Shown here piece after piece: positions 1-9,529 of a stretch of 64,000 bases of DNA. Below the pieces are notes generated by a model that saw only the letters and a list, made by a program, of their open reading frames with translations, made no database searches and was not told the origin of the DNA. A program made the translations under genes and the position numbers. The first letter of the stretch is position 1. Each line of letters starts with the position of its first letter. This DNA comes from an uncultured Bacteroidota bacterium (GTDB taxonomy: Bacteria > Bacteroidota > Bacteroidia > Flavobacteriales > Flavobacteriaceae), in assembly GCA_903824755.1 (NCBI GenBank), contig CAIJXW010000024.1:228-64227 (forward strand), written 5' to 3'.

Positions 1-332
1 AAATATGATTTCAATAATTCATTTGTTACAATAACTTGTTCTGAAATATATTTAGAATATTCCTTGCTTAATGATGTGTCAATTAAATTTAATAAATTAT
101 TTACTTCACGAGCATTTATCAATAAAGATTTATTTGATTTAACACGCTGTTTAGTAAAGTCCCAATCATCATAACATGCTTTAAAGCCTGTAGAATATTT
201 TAATTTTTTTCCATTATAACTAAAAACCAAATTTATAGGACTTTCCTTTTTTTTGTTCTTTTCCATGTTTACATTTGTCTCTTTAAATGCAAATCGAACT
301 ACTCCGGAGCTATTTTTAATTGATTTTTCCAT
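1..332 (-). CDS. Tyrosine site-specific integrase, N-terminal arm-DNA-binding domain (partial, runs off the window start)
   Basis: Not in the ORF track. Manual translation from ATG at 332 gives MEKSIKNSSGVVRFAFKETNVNMEKNKKKESPINLVFSYNGKKLKYSTGFKACYDDWDFTKQRVKSNK..., open to base 1. The SPI-L-FSYNGKKLKYSTG...W...KQR pattern is typical of Bacteroidota integrase arm domains. Confidence 0.8.
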   Translation of the reverse strand, partial: MEKSIKNSSGVVRFAFKETNVNMEKNKKKESPINLVFSYNGKKLKYSTGFKACYDDWDFTKQRVKSNKSLLINAREVNNLLNLIDTSLSKEYSKYISEQVIVTNELLKSY

Positions 333-350
333 AAATTTAATTATCTATTA

Positions 351-358
351 CAAATATA
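351..358 (-). promoter_or_regulatory. Bacteroidota sigma-70 -7 box (TATATTTG) for the integrase
   Basis: caaatata on + is TATATTTG on -, about 20 nt upstream of the integrase ATG. Confidence 0.6.
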
Positions 359-369
359 GAAAAATAATG

Positions 370-393
370 GGGGACTTGAAAGGGGACTTGAAA
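370..393. repeat. Perfect 12-bp tandem direct repeat GGGGACTTGAAA x2, probable integrase arm-binding sites
   Basis: Copies at 370-381 and 382-393, GC-rich within very AT-rich DNA, between the integrase and the putative att core. Confidence 0.6.
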
Positions 394-513
394 ATCAATA
401 TCCATATTAATATAATTTAATTAAAAAAAGTTAAATTATATTAAAAACAATTGTAAATCAAATGTTTACAAATTAAAAAAAGTAAATCAAATTAAGAGAG
501 ATTAATAAAAAAA

Positions 514-530
514 GGTACTGGAGGTACCAC
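514..530 (+). mobile_element. Probable att core of an integrated element; resembles the 3' end of tRNA-Phe (CTGGAGGTACCA)
   Basis: CTGGAGGTACCA at 518-529 matches my recollection of the flavobacterial tRNA-Phe(GAA) 3' end. WATCAANNNNTTR (IHF consensus) matches flank it at 456-468 and 555-567, and it lies next to the integrase. Confidence 0.6.
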
Positions 531-580
531 AAAAAACATCCCTAATCACTTACAAATCAAGTAGTTAGGGATTTTTTGTG
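528..580. terminator. Long hairpin or bidirectional terminator after the att site and the GH13 gene
   Basis: cacaaaaaa-c-atccctaa...ttagggat-tttttgtg inverted repeat. Confidence 0.6.
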
Positions 581-616
581 TTAAATTATTATCCAATATT
601 TAAAAATTCTTCCCGC

Positions 617-3469
617 CTATTTCTTCACCAACTTCAACGTTTGTTCTCTATTGGAACTATCGGTAATTTTTACAAAATAAATACCACGAGGTATTTCACT
701 AATAGAATAGGAATAATCCTCGTCTTGAATTTCTTTAAAGGATTGTATTAGTTGTCCTGAAATTGTGAAAATTTCGACTTTTTTTGTCTTGACAGTAAGC
801 CTAAAATAATCATTTGCAGGATTTGGAAGTAGTGCTAATATTTCCTTGGTATCAAATTCATCTTGATTAAGAGTAGCCGTTTTATTGCCAAAAATTCTAT
901 ACTGACCCGCAGGAATTGAAATAACCGAAGTTATATTGGTTATATCTAAAGAGCTATTATCCATCAAATTATACCACGTTCCTGGGTATGGAAAATTAGG
1001 GTTTATGTTTTGTGCGGCCACCGAAAAATTAGCCAAAATCACAACATTCTTCAATTGAGTTGAAGGCAAAGCATCATTAAAAACATAAATTCGTTGTCTA
1101 ATATTGCTGCCATCAATGCTAATTGTATAATTTCCTTCAAAAACAGGTTCGTTAATTTTTAGCTGAATCATTTTGGCCCAATCATTATATATCGAAGCTC
1201 TATTTGCAATTCCTAACCAATCATTAGTCCATTGAAATTGTTGTTTAGTATCTAATTTACAATCTCCCGTAACAGAATCAAAATCGGTGTTTACTGATCC
1301 ATTATTACAAGAAAAAATAGAGGCTTCATTTCCTAATTCGGCAAAATGCCAAATCATTTTTGGCCCTGGAATTAATAATGAAGTAGCTCCTATTGCCCCC
1401 ATTCTAGCCAGTGAATTATTCAAATTATTGAATGGTGGTGATGTCCCTTGGGTGTTTCCATAGGCCATTGCACTATACATCAATCGTTCTTTGTCATGAC
1501 TTTCTGGGTAGCCTAATAATCTCTTTTCCGAAAAATTTCGACTCAAATGTCCCATTCTAGTGATGTCCGCATTGGTAGAAAACCCTTCTATTAATTGAGT
1601 GTAAGGATACGTTAATTCACCCCACATCATGATTCCTTTGCTCGGAGTTTCATTAAGCCTATAATCTGCCCATTGTTTTTCTTCTAAATCACTTCCTAAA
1701 TGCTCAAAAATGGCATAGTGATTTGGATCTAGCGACCATGAATAATCTGCATAATCCTTTAGTACTGCTACCCTGTCTGCTTGAACAGCATTTGTACAGC
1801 CGTCATCACCTGCAGCACAATTTTGAGTAAATCCTTTGGTTAAATCCCAACGAAATCCATCAATTTTATATTCTTGAATCCATTGTTTTATTACCCGTTT
1901 TGTATAATATTTTGTTCTAGCTAATGAATGATTAAAATCGGAACCCACACTATAACTGTGTTTTGCAACTTCATTAAAATAGGGGTTTTCCGAACTCGGA
2001 TCTCCCCAACCATTGCCGTCTGGATCTTTCATCCACATTCTCACCATTGGATTTCTTCCAAAAGCGTGATTTAACGCCAAGTCTAATATCACCGCTATTC
2101 CATTTTGATGACACAAATCAACAAACTCTTTCATTTTTTCGGAAGTGCCATAAAATTTATCTAATGCCATGTGAAAGGAAGTATTATAACCCCAGCTTTC
2201 ATTTCCTTCAAATTCCATTACGGGCATCAGTTCGATTGCATTTATTTTTAGGTTTTTGAAATAATCAATTTTATTAATTAAATCTTGGAAATTTCTATTA
2301 ACATCAAAATCTCTTATTAATACTTCATAGACCACCAAATCTTCTTTTTTTGGTTTTATAAAATTCGGAACCTGCCAATTATAATTCGTTTGTCCCGTTC
2401 TCAAAACGGTCACTTCTCTCTCTTGACCCAGAGGATAAACAGGCATGTTTGGATAGGTAGAGGCAGGAATGTCAGGATCATCATATGGTGATAATACTAA
2501 AGTTGAATATGGGTCGGCCGTTTTTACTACCGTTGGCGAATTTGCCGAAGGACTTGCGTCAGCAACCCAATACTGATAACTGTAACTTTGTCCTACTGAT
2601 AGTCCTGATAATTCATACCAAAATTTGCCTGTTGAAGGGTCTTTTTTCATGGCATAACTTGTATTTGGTTGCCAATTATTAAAAGTTCCTGCAAGATAAA
2701 CAAAGTCTTTTCCAGGTGCGTCTAAAACTAATATTGCTTTGGTAGGATCTGAAACATAATTGATACCATCTTCTAGCCCAGAACTCATAGCTAGATTTTG
2801 TGTTCCAGGGTTTATCATGGCAGTAAATTTTCTGGAAAAAGTTGTTCCTCCTTGTGCAATTCGTAAATCATAATTTCGATCTGCTGTAATATTTGAATCC
2901 GTATAAGAAAAACTAGTGCCTGAACTTGAAAAAATACTGGTTCCGTTTGCAAATAAGTTATAGTTTGCAGTCCCATTAGTATTTGTTGCAGTTATATTTA
3001 GTGAGCTACCCGAACTCAATATAGATGTGCTATTTACGGATGGTGAGTTTAAAGTTGCTTGAAAAGCACCTACATTGATAAAGTAATCTATTGATTGAAA
3101 AGCATTTGTGTCAGATCTAAAAACTATACAAATTTGAGTTATTGCATCTGCGGTAGAAACACCATAATATGCATATAAATTTGGGGAAATCGTAAGGCTA
3201 TAGGTAGTTCCAGAAACAAAAGTAAGAGCAGGTTGGGTTGAGTTGTTTCCCCACGCTCCTTTAACGTTTTCCCAAGTAATATTGTTGACCGTTACCCCTG
3301 TATGGGCATATATGGTTCCCGAATAATTGGATAACCCCGTTCCTGATTTGTTGAAATATATCGTCACACCCTGATTTGCTTCGGGTATATTTGGGCTTGT
3401 TGTTACTTGTGAAAAAGAACAGATTGAAATAAAACTTAATAAATAAATTAAAATGTAGTTTACTTTCAT
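617..3469 (-). CDS. Secreted GH13 alpha-amylase/pullulanase-like enzyme with CBM48-like domain and T9SS type A CTD
   Basis: Signal peptide; YEVLIRDF, WGYN, DGFRWDLTKGF, ESHD GH13 motifs; C-terminal LPNPA...GIYFVKI...KLVKK. Confidence 0.9.
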   Translation of the reverse strand: MKVNYILIYLLSFISICSFSQVTTSPNIPEANQGVTIYFNKSGTGLSNYSGTIYAHTGVTVNNITWENVKGAWGNNSTQPALTFVSGTTYSLTISPNLYAYYGVSTADAITQICIVFRSDTNAFQSIDYFINVGAFQATLNSPSVNSTSILSSGSSLNITATNTNGTANYNLFANGTSIFSSSGTSFSYTDSNITADRNYDLRIAQGGTTFSRKFTAMINPGTQNLAMSSGLEDGINYVSDPTKAILVLDAPGKDFVYLAGTFNNWQPNTSYAMKKDPSTGKFWYELSGLSVGQSYSYQYWVADASPSANSPTVVKTADPYSTLVLSPYDDPDIPASTYPNMPVYPLGQEREVTVLRTGQTNYNWQVPNFIKPKKEDLVVYEVLIRDFDVNRNFQDLINKIDYFKNLKINAIELMPVMEFEGNESWGYNTSFHMALDKFYGTSEKMKEFVDLCHQNGIAVILDLALNHAFGRNPMVRMWMKDPDGNGWGDPSSENPYFNEVAKHSYSVGSDFNHSLARTKYYTKRVIKQWIQEYKIDGFRWDLTKGFTQNCAAGDDGCTNAVQADRVAVLKDYADYSWSLDPNHYAIFEHLGSDLEEKQWADYRLNETPSKGIMMWGELTYPYTQLIEGFSTNADITRMGHLSRNFSEKRLLGYPESHDKERLMYSAMAYGNTQGTSPPFNNLNNSLARMGAIGATSLLIPGPKMIWHFAELGNEASIFSCNNGSVNTDFDSVTGDCKLDTKQQFQWTNDWLGIANRASIYNDWAKMIQLKINEPVFEGNYTISIDGSNIRQRIYVFNDALPSTQLKNVVILANFSVAAQNINPNFPYPGTWYNLMDNSSLDITNITSVISIPAGQYRIFGNKTATLNQDEFDTKEILALLPNPANDYFRLTVKTKKVEIFTISGQLIQSFKEIQDEDYSYSISEIPRGIYFVKITDSSNREQTLKLVKK

Positions 3470-3482
3470 GTTTAAATTAATT

Positions 3483-3514
3483 AAAAAAGGGCTACCCGAA
3501 GGTAAGCCCTTTTT
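3483..3514 (-). terminator. Intrinsic terminator between susE and the GH13 gene
   Basis: aaaaaagggctacc-cgaa-ggtaagcccttttt. Confidence 0.7.
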
Positions 3515-3530
3515 ATGAATTTATTGCAAT

Positions 3531-4634
3531 TTATTGCAAAGTTAATGTATATGAATATGCTCTTGGATTTGATAAATCCAATTCGATTTTATAAGTACCA
3601 CCAGTTTCAAGGTTTAGATTACCCCCATTATAAGTGATGTTTTCTCCTGCATATTCTTTGTTCGGATCAAATTTTCCGAAGTTGTTTTCATCTAACCATG
3701 AAGTATTTGCTCTAAACTTGAATGCTCCTGCTACTAAAGTTGCAACGGCAGTTAGTTTTTTTGTTGTTGTATTATACACCAACGTAACTTCGTTTGAATT
3801 ATTCCATCCACCAACAACATCTCCGATAACTCTCCAAGTATATGGAACAAGTGAATAGGTGCGTGTTGCTGTGTTTGCTCGTACTCTATAATAACCCGCC
3901 GTTATTCCGATGTTATTTCCTTGTCCAGTTGTAGGCAAAGCTCCTGAAAAACTTCCGTCATCACCAAAAACTCCATGATCCCAATCTGGAGAATCAGTAA
4001 ATTTAAATCCATTATTTGGAGCCGCTTGATTTGAAGCGAAATAAACATATCCTTCAAAATTTGTTTGTCCGTATCCGCTTGAAGCAACAGTAGCTGCAGC
4101 AGCATGTGACCAATTGCTAGATCCATAACCAGAGTCTACTTGGTAGCTTCCTGGCATCCATAGTTTAGGTAAAGCTGTAGAGTATGGCGTTACGGAAACT
4201 GTCACAACATTAGAATAATCCAAAAGTTCAGCATTGCTTCCTAAAGCAGATTTTATTCTAATATCTAATTCTCCTTCTTCATACGGCGTTAATCCTGCAT
4301 CTATTGCAACACCGTTAAATGCCTCTACGGACCAAGTTGCATAACGATTTGTTGTTGTTCCCGCTTCAATAACAGTTGCAAATTCTGTTCCCGCAAGGGC
4401 AACTTCAATCGTATAATTTACTTCTGTTTGTGTGCTATAATTAGCATGATTCCAAACCAATGTCGTTGCTTCAAAAGAAGCATTTGCTGGTTTCAATTCA
4501 TAAGATGTTCCACTTACTGGTGTCAATAATTCAGGACCACCTACTTTTTTGACTATCGTTTGATCGTCATTTTCACAGGAAACACCTGTTATAAACAATA
4601 CAGCTAAGGCTGCGATTTTAAAAATATTTTTCAT
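3531..4634 (-). CDS. susE: SusE/F-like starch-binding outer-membrane lipoprotein
   Basis: Lipobox (VSC), SusE N-terminal domain, Trp/Gly-rich CBM repeats (FKFT...W, FKFRAN..W), downstream of susD. Confidence 0.85.
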   Translation of the reverse strand: MKNIFKIAALAVLFITGVSCENDDQTIVKKVGGPELLTPVSGTSYELKPANASFEATTLVWNHANYSTQTEVNYTIEVALAGTEFATVIEAGTTTNRYATWSVEAFNGVAIDAGLTPYEEGELDIRIKSALGSNAELLDYSNVVTVSVTPYSTALPKLWMPGSYQVDSGYGSSNWSHAAAATVASSGYGQTNFEGYVYFASNQAAPNNGFKFTDSPDWDHGVFGDDGSFSGALPTTGQGNNIGITAGYYRVRANTATRTYSLVPYTWRVIGDVVGGWNNSNEVTLVYNTTTKKLTAVATLVAGAFKFRANTSWLDENNFGKFDPNKEYAGENITYNGGNLNLETGGTYKIELDLSNPRAYSYTLTLQ

Positions 4635-4655
4635 TTTTTTTTAATTTATTTAATA

Positions 4656-6203
4656 TTAATAACCTGGATTTTGTGTCAAATTTGGATTTGCTTGCAACGC
4701 TGGCAACGGAATTGGGAAAAGATTATAGTTTGCCGGAATTGAAGTTCCGTTAACTGAATTTCCTTTCCATGGCCATAAATAGCTGCCTCCTGTGAATTTT
4801 CCGAAGCGAATTAAATCTGTTCGGCGATGTCCTTCTAGATTTAATTCTCTAGCTCTCTCGTCTAAAATATAATTTAATGTCAATTCGCTTGCCGAAATTG
4901 TTGATGCATTAGAACGCGATCGAACTTGATTTACATACGCTAATCCTTCTGATAATGTTCCTCCTGTAGCACCTCGAACTACACATTCAGCATACATTAA
5001 ATAAGCATCTGCTAATCTAAATAATGGGAAATCTGTTCCTGAAAAACCTGTAGGCGTGCTTGATTGACCAAATGCATTATTTCTGAATTTTGTACAAGGA
5101 TATCCGTTAGACCATTGTTTATAGTCGCTCATTTCATATGTATGACCTGTTGTCCAGAACATCTGAGCTCTATCATCTGTTGATGTTGCTAAACTTCCAA
5201 ATAGTGCATACCATGCTTTTGTAGCTCTGTGTCCACCCCAACCTTCTGCTGCACCAAAAGTGCTTAATGGCATTGTGTCTGAACTTAAACTTCCGTTAAC
5301 GATATAGGTCGTGTTTCCATAGCTTTGACTTACTAAAGCATCTGCAATTAGTGGATAGATAATTTCTGGAGATGTATTATTATCTGACGAGAAATTTTTT
5401 CCAATATTTGTTGCTAATGTGTACCCTCCTTCATCGATTACTTTTTTGGTATAGGCCAACGCTTCGTTATATCTTGCCGTTCCAGTATATACCTCAGCAT
5501 TGATATATAGTTTTGCCAATAAAAAACGAACTACCGATTTGTTTGCTCTACCATAATCATTTGTTGCCGAAATAGTTGCTTCTACGTCTAGCAATTCTGA
5601 TTCAACATAGTTAAACAATTCTGTTCTTGATGCTTCAGGTAAAGAAACTGATGTACCAAAGTTGTCTTCGGTAGCCAATACTCCTTTTCCGAAACAATCA
5701 ATTAAATAATAGTAAGCCAATGAACGCAAGAAACGTACTTCTCCTTTTATTGAAGCTTCGTTTTCTATATCAACATTATCCAATACATTGATTAGGTTGT
5801 TGCATTGCGGAATTGTATAATACGCTCTATTATATAAATATCTAAAGAATTTGTTGTTCTCGTCCCAGTTTGAAGTGGTTGTCAATTGATCCAATCCATT
5901 ATCTCCCCAACGGTTTTTCATTCCGTCTGCACTAAATTCTTGCAGGTTGATAATTCCTCTCAAAAATGGAGATTCTCCTGGATCATCACTAATGTCTGAA
6001 CTTCCAGGGCCATTAGCACCAGAAAGGGCAAAAGAGCCATATAGTTTTGAGAGTATTCCCTTGATGGCATTTGGGTCTTGTTGTAAAAGTTGTTCTAATG
6101 ACAACTCTACTTTTGGGGTAGTGTCCAAATCGTCAGTGCATGCTGATGCAAGAACCAAGAAAAGTCCTAATCCAAAATATTTGATTAATTTCATATTTTT
6201 CAT
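4656..6203 (-). CDS. susD: SusD/RagB glycan-binding lipoprotein
   Basis: Lipobox SAC; GEVRFLRSLAYY, FRLADAYLMYAE, ERARELNLEGHRRTDLIRFG, C-terminal NPNLTQNPGY. Confidence 0.95.
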   Translation of the reverse strand: MKNMKLIKYFGLGLFLVLASACTDDLDTTPKVELSLEQLLQQDPNAIKGILSKLYGSFALSGANGPGSSDISDDPGESPFLRGIINLQEFSADGMKNRWGDNGLDQLTTTSNWDENNKFFRYLYNRAYYTIPQCNNLINVLDNVDIENEASIKGEVRFLRSLAYYYLIDCFGKGVLATEDNFGTSVSLPEASRTELFNYVESELLDVEATISATNDYGRANKSVVRFLLAKLYINAEVYTGTARYNEALAYTKKVIDEGGYTLATNIGKNFSSDNNTSPEIIYPLIADALVSQSYGNTTYIVNGSLSSDTMPLSTFGAAEGWGGHRATKAWYALFGSLATSTDDRAQMFWTTGHTYEMSDYKQWSNGYPCTKFRNNAFGQSSTPTGFSGTDFPLFRLADAYLMYAECVVRGATGGTLSEGLAYVNQVRSRSNASTISASELTLNYILDERARELNLEGHRRTDLIRFGKFTGGSYLWPWKGNSVNGTSIPANYNLFPIPLPALQANPNLTQNPGY

Positions 6204-6213
6204 ATTGTTGTTA

Positions 6214-9200
6214 TTAAAAATCTAAGCTTAAACCAAGAGTAACCATTTTTGGTCTTGGATAGAAATTAGTATCGATAGCGTTAAAGTTTTCAGGATCTTG
6301 TCCAGAATACTTAGTCAGTATAAAAGGATTGTTTAATGCTCCATAAACACGTAAAGAACTTTCTTTATAGAATTTATTAAACTTGTATCCAACCACAATA
6401 TTTTCGCATCTCAAGAAAGAAGAATCTTCAAGAAAATAATCAGAAAATGTTGTGTTTCCATTCATGTTTTGAAAATCTGAATCTGCTGATCCATCATAGA
6501 AATTCAATACGTTTGACAAACTATTTGAGTTTGATGGCAACGCTCTATCAACCCAACCAGAAGTTAAAACTCTAGAATTATAGACTTGCCCTCCGATTTG
6601 TCCTCTAAAGGCTGAACTTACGTCCCAATTTCCATAATTGAAATTAAATCCAAATCCAAAAGTCCAATTTGGTCGCATTGCTTTATAGTAACGGTCATCA
6701 TTCGTGATTGTGTTATCCCCGTTTCTATCTGCAAAAGCACCTACAATTGGTTCTCCTGCTTCATTATATAACTGTTGGAAAACCCATGCAGAATATGGCT
6801 GAAGTCCAATTGGGTGATAGCCAATATATACTCCTGTTCCTGTTGGCAATCCTGATTCAAAAGCAGCTATTGCTGATATTCCTTTTAAGTCGGTAACTTC
6901 CGTACGATTGTATGCTAAATTTGAATTAATAGACAAACTCATCTTGTCCGTAGTTATAGGATTGAAATTTAATCCCAACTCAAAACCTTTGCTTGAAGTA
7001 GCACCTACATTTTTCACAAAAGTATCCGATAATCCTTGTCCTGGAGGAAGCGGCACTTTTGCAAGCAAATCGTTTGTTTCTCTTTTATAGATATCAAAAC
7101 TACCTGTTATTAATCTATTTTTGAATAAATCAAAATCCAAACCTAAATTATAGGAGGTTGTTTTTTCCCAAGTCAAGTCAGGATTATAGGCTAATGCAGA
7201 ATACAAATTAGAATTGTCTAAATATTGACTATTATTACTTCCTGTTTGAAATAATGGTGTTGATGGATAAAAACCTACGTTTCCAGTAATGTCTTGTTGA
7301 CCCGTTTTACCCCAACCCAAACGAAGTTTTAAATCGTTTACAAAAGCAATATCTTTCACAAAACTTTCTTCTTTTAGTTTCCATGCGAAAGCTGCTGCTG
7401 GAAAATAACCCCAACGCTTATCTTTGTTGAATAAAGAAGAACCATCAGTTCTCATAGATAAAGTTACTAAATATTTATTAGCAAAATCAATATTGGTTCT
7501 ACCAAAAAATGATTGTAAGTTTAAATTGTTATAATAACGATTCGTTGGATTTTGAGCGTTTTCTACTACTTCTCTTAAACCCGAATCATTATTATATTGA
7601 TAAAGCACTTTGTTTCCATCATTTTTGAAATTTTGATACGAATAACCCGCTTGAACATCAACTTTTGACATAAATCCATTTAATTTTTTAGCATACGCAA
7701 AATAGGAATCCCAAGTAGTATTGGTCATCGTTTGGTTTTCTAAATAATTTTCTCCTGGATTGAACAAATAGTTAGTATTAATGTCGGTATTAGCCGAATT
7801 AAACCTATAAGTAGCAAGTGAATTATCGCTATATACTTCTCTGATTTTTGCAGTCGAAGCATCTAATCCCATATTAACAACTGCTCTCAAACCTGGCATA
7901 AAATCAAGTTTATAATCCAATTCTACATTTCCTAAGAAACGGAAAGCTCTTTCTGGACGCGTTCTTTGTTCCAAAATAGCTAATGGATTCCATGCTCCAT
8001 CAAGGATTAGTCTATTTCCATCAACGCGAGTGCTTTGATAAAATCCACCAAAACGATTTGAAGCAGAATTGTCATAAACAGGTTTTGTTGGATCCATATT
8101 TATAGCTCCTCCTAATGAACCACCCTCATCGATAGCGTTTTTCTTGGTTAAAATAGTTTTTGCATTGAAATCAATTTTTAATTTATCGTTTAATAAGGTA
8201 GGCGATAATTTTAAAGCATAACTAAAACGATCATAATCATTCGCTTTTACGATTCCTTCGCTTCTTAACAATCCAATAGAGGAACGAAACGGAACGCTTT
8301 TGAACAAACTTCCTGAAACACTAAAATTATTATCAATAGAAAAAGAAGTTCTAAAAATTTGATCCTGCCAATTGGTATTACTCAACAAACGACCCTCTAC
8401 TTCTGGCGTTGTCAAATCATCAGTTGCAGTAGTGCTTGGATCATCAATTCCTAATAAATTAGTATAGGTTGGGTGATTTTCTTGGATGAATTTCGTGAAT
8501 GTTGACCCGTCCATTACGTTAATCTTTTTTCCTACGCTTCCTGTAATAACAGTAGTAGAAAAGTTAAATTTCAATGCTCCTTTAGCACCTCTTTTTGTAG
8601 TGATAATTACCACACCATTCGAAGCTCTAGAACCATAAATTGCTGTTGCAGAGGCATCTTTTAGAATAGTAAAACTATCAATGTCATTTGGATTAATTAA
8701 CGAAAATGGATTTCCAACTCCAGCAGGATTTGAGCTGTCAATAGGCACACCATCTATAACAATCAGTGGATTATTGCTTGCAGATAGCGAAGCTCCTCCT
8801 CTAATTCTAATGTTTGGAGATGCATCTGGCTGCCCACCACTTGACGTGATTCGAACTCCAGCCGCCTTCCCTGTCAATAATTGATCAGCAGAAATAATTG
8901 ACCCTTTATTGAAATCTTTGGAGGTAACAGTTGTCAAAGATCCCGTGGCATCTTTTTTCTTAATTGAACCATACCCGATTTGAACAACAACTTCACTCAA
9001 TTGATTCAAATCTTCTTGCAATGAAACAGTTATTGTTGTTTGATTTGAAAAGGTAACTGTTTCGTTTTTGTAGCCAATAAAAGAAAAAACAATTTTGTCT
9101 CCTTTTTTGACATTTGTTAACTGAAATTTACCATCAATATCAGTAGAAATTCCCTTTGAGGAACCTTCCACAACAACATTAACTCCTGGCATTGACTGCC

Positions 9201-9303
9201 TTGTAATTTTGTCTTGAACTACTCCACTTACAACGCTCTGAGACAGAACACTAAACGGAAGTAAAAGAACTAAAAATAACAACTTTTTGTAAATTGTTTT
9301 CAT
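6214..9303 (-). CDS. susC: SusC/RagA TonB-dependent transporter
   Basis: IRIRGGASLSASNNPLIVIDGVP, ILKDASATAIYGSRASNGVVIITTK plug motifs, C-terminal F. Confidence 0.97.
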   Translation of the reverse strand: MKTIYKKLLFLVLLLPFSVLSQSVVSGVVQDKITRQSMPGVNVVVEGSSKGISTDIDGKFQLTNVKKGDKIVFSFIGYKNETVTFSNQTTITVSLQEDLNQLSEVVVQIGYGSIKKKDATGSLTTVTSKDFNKGSIISADQLLTGKAAGVRITSSGGQPDASPNIRIRGGASLSASNNPLIVIDGVPIDSSNPAGVGNPFSLINPNDIDSFTILKDASATAIYGSRASNGVVIITTKRGAKGALKFNFSTTVITGSVGKKINVMDGSTFTKFIQENHPTYTNLLGIDDPSTTATDDLTTPEVEGRLLSNTNWQDQIFRTSFSIDNNFSVSGSLFKSVPFRSSIGLLRSEGIVKANDYDRFSYALKLSPTLLNDKLKIDFNAKTILTKKNAIDEGGSLGGAINMDPTKPVYDNSASNRFGGFYQSTRVDGNRLILDGAWNPLAILEQRTRPERAFRFLGNVELDYKLDFMPGLRAVVNMGLDASTAKIREVYSDNSLATYRFNSANTDINTNYLFNPGENYLENQTMTNTTWDSYFAYAKKLNGFMSKVDVQAGYSYQNFKNDGNKVLYQYNNDSGLREVVENAQNPTNRYYNNLNLQSFFGRTNIDFANKYLVTLSMRTDGSSLFNKDKRWGYFPAAAFAWKLKEESFVKDIAFVNDLKLRLGWGKTGQQDITGNVGFYPSTPLFQTGSNNSQYLDNSNLYSALAYNPDLTWEKTTSYNLGLDFDLFKNRLITGSFDIYKRETNDLLAKVPLPPGQGLSDTFVKNVGATSSKGFELGLNFNPITTDKMSLSINSNLAYNRTEVTDLKGISAIAAFESGLPTGTGVYIGYHPIGLQPYSAWVFQQLYNEAGEPIVGAFADRNGDNTITNDDRYYKAMRPNWTFGFGFNFNYGNWDVSSAFRGQIGGQVYNSRVLTSGWVDRALPSNSNSLSNVLNFYDGSADSDFQNMNGNTTFSDYFLEDSSFLRCENIVVGYKFNKFYKESSLRVYGALNNPFILTKYSGQDPENFNAIDTNFYPRPKMVTLGLSLDF

Positions 9304-9411
9304 ACATTTTGTTTAAGTTAGAAATTTGGTTTTTGTGCTTACACTTTAACTTCGAATTATAAATTTATTCAAAAAATTATATGAAAAAAACATTGCCAAA
9401 ATAATTGCCTT

Positions 9412-9427
9412 ACGAAAACGTTTGCGT
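9412..9427. promoter_or_regulatory. LacI-family operator-like palindrome ACGAAAACGTTTGCGT
   Basis: 14/16 palindromic with the central AAACGTTT typical of LacI/GalR operators; lies between divergent susC and the LacI gene. Confidence 0.7.
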
Positions 9428-9529
9428 GTTGAAAAGTTTATTTGAAATGCTATTTTATTGCTAAAAAAAAGAACATTTTTTAAAAAAAATATACCTTTAT
9501 TGCGTTATAATAAATTAACAGCGAATGTC

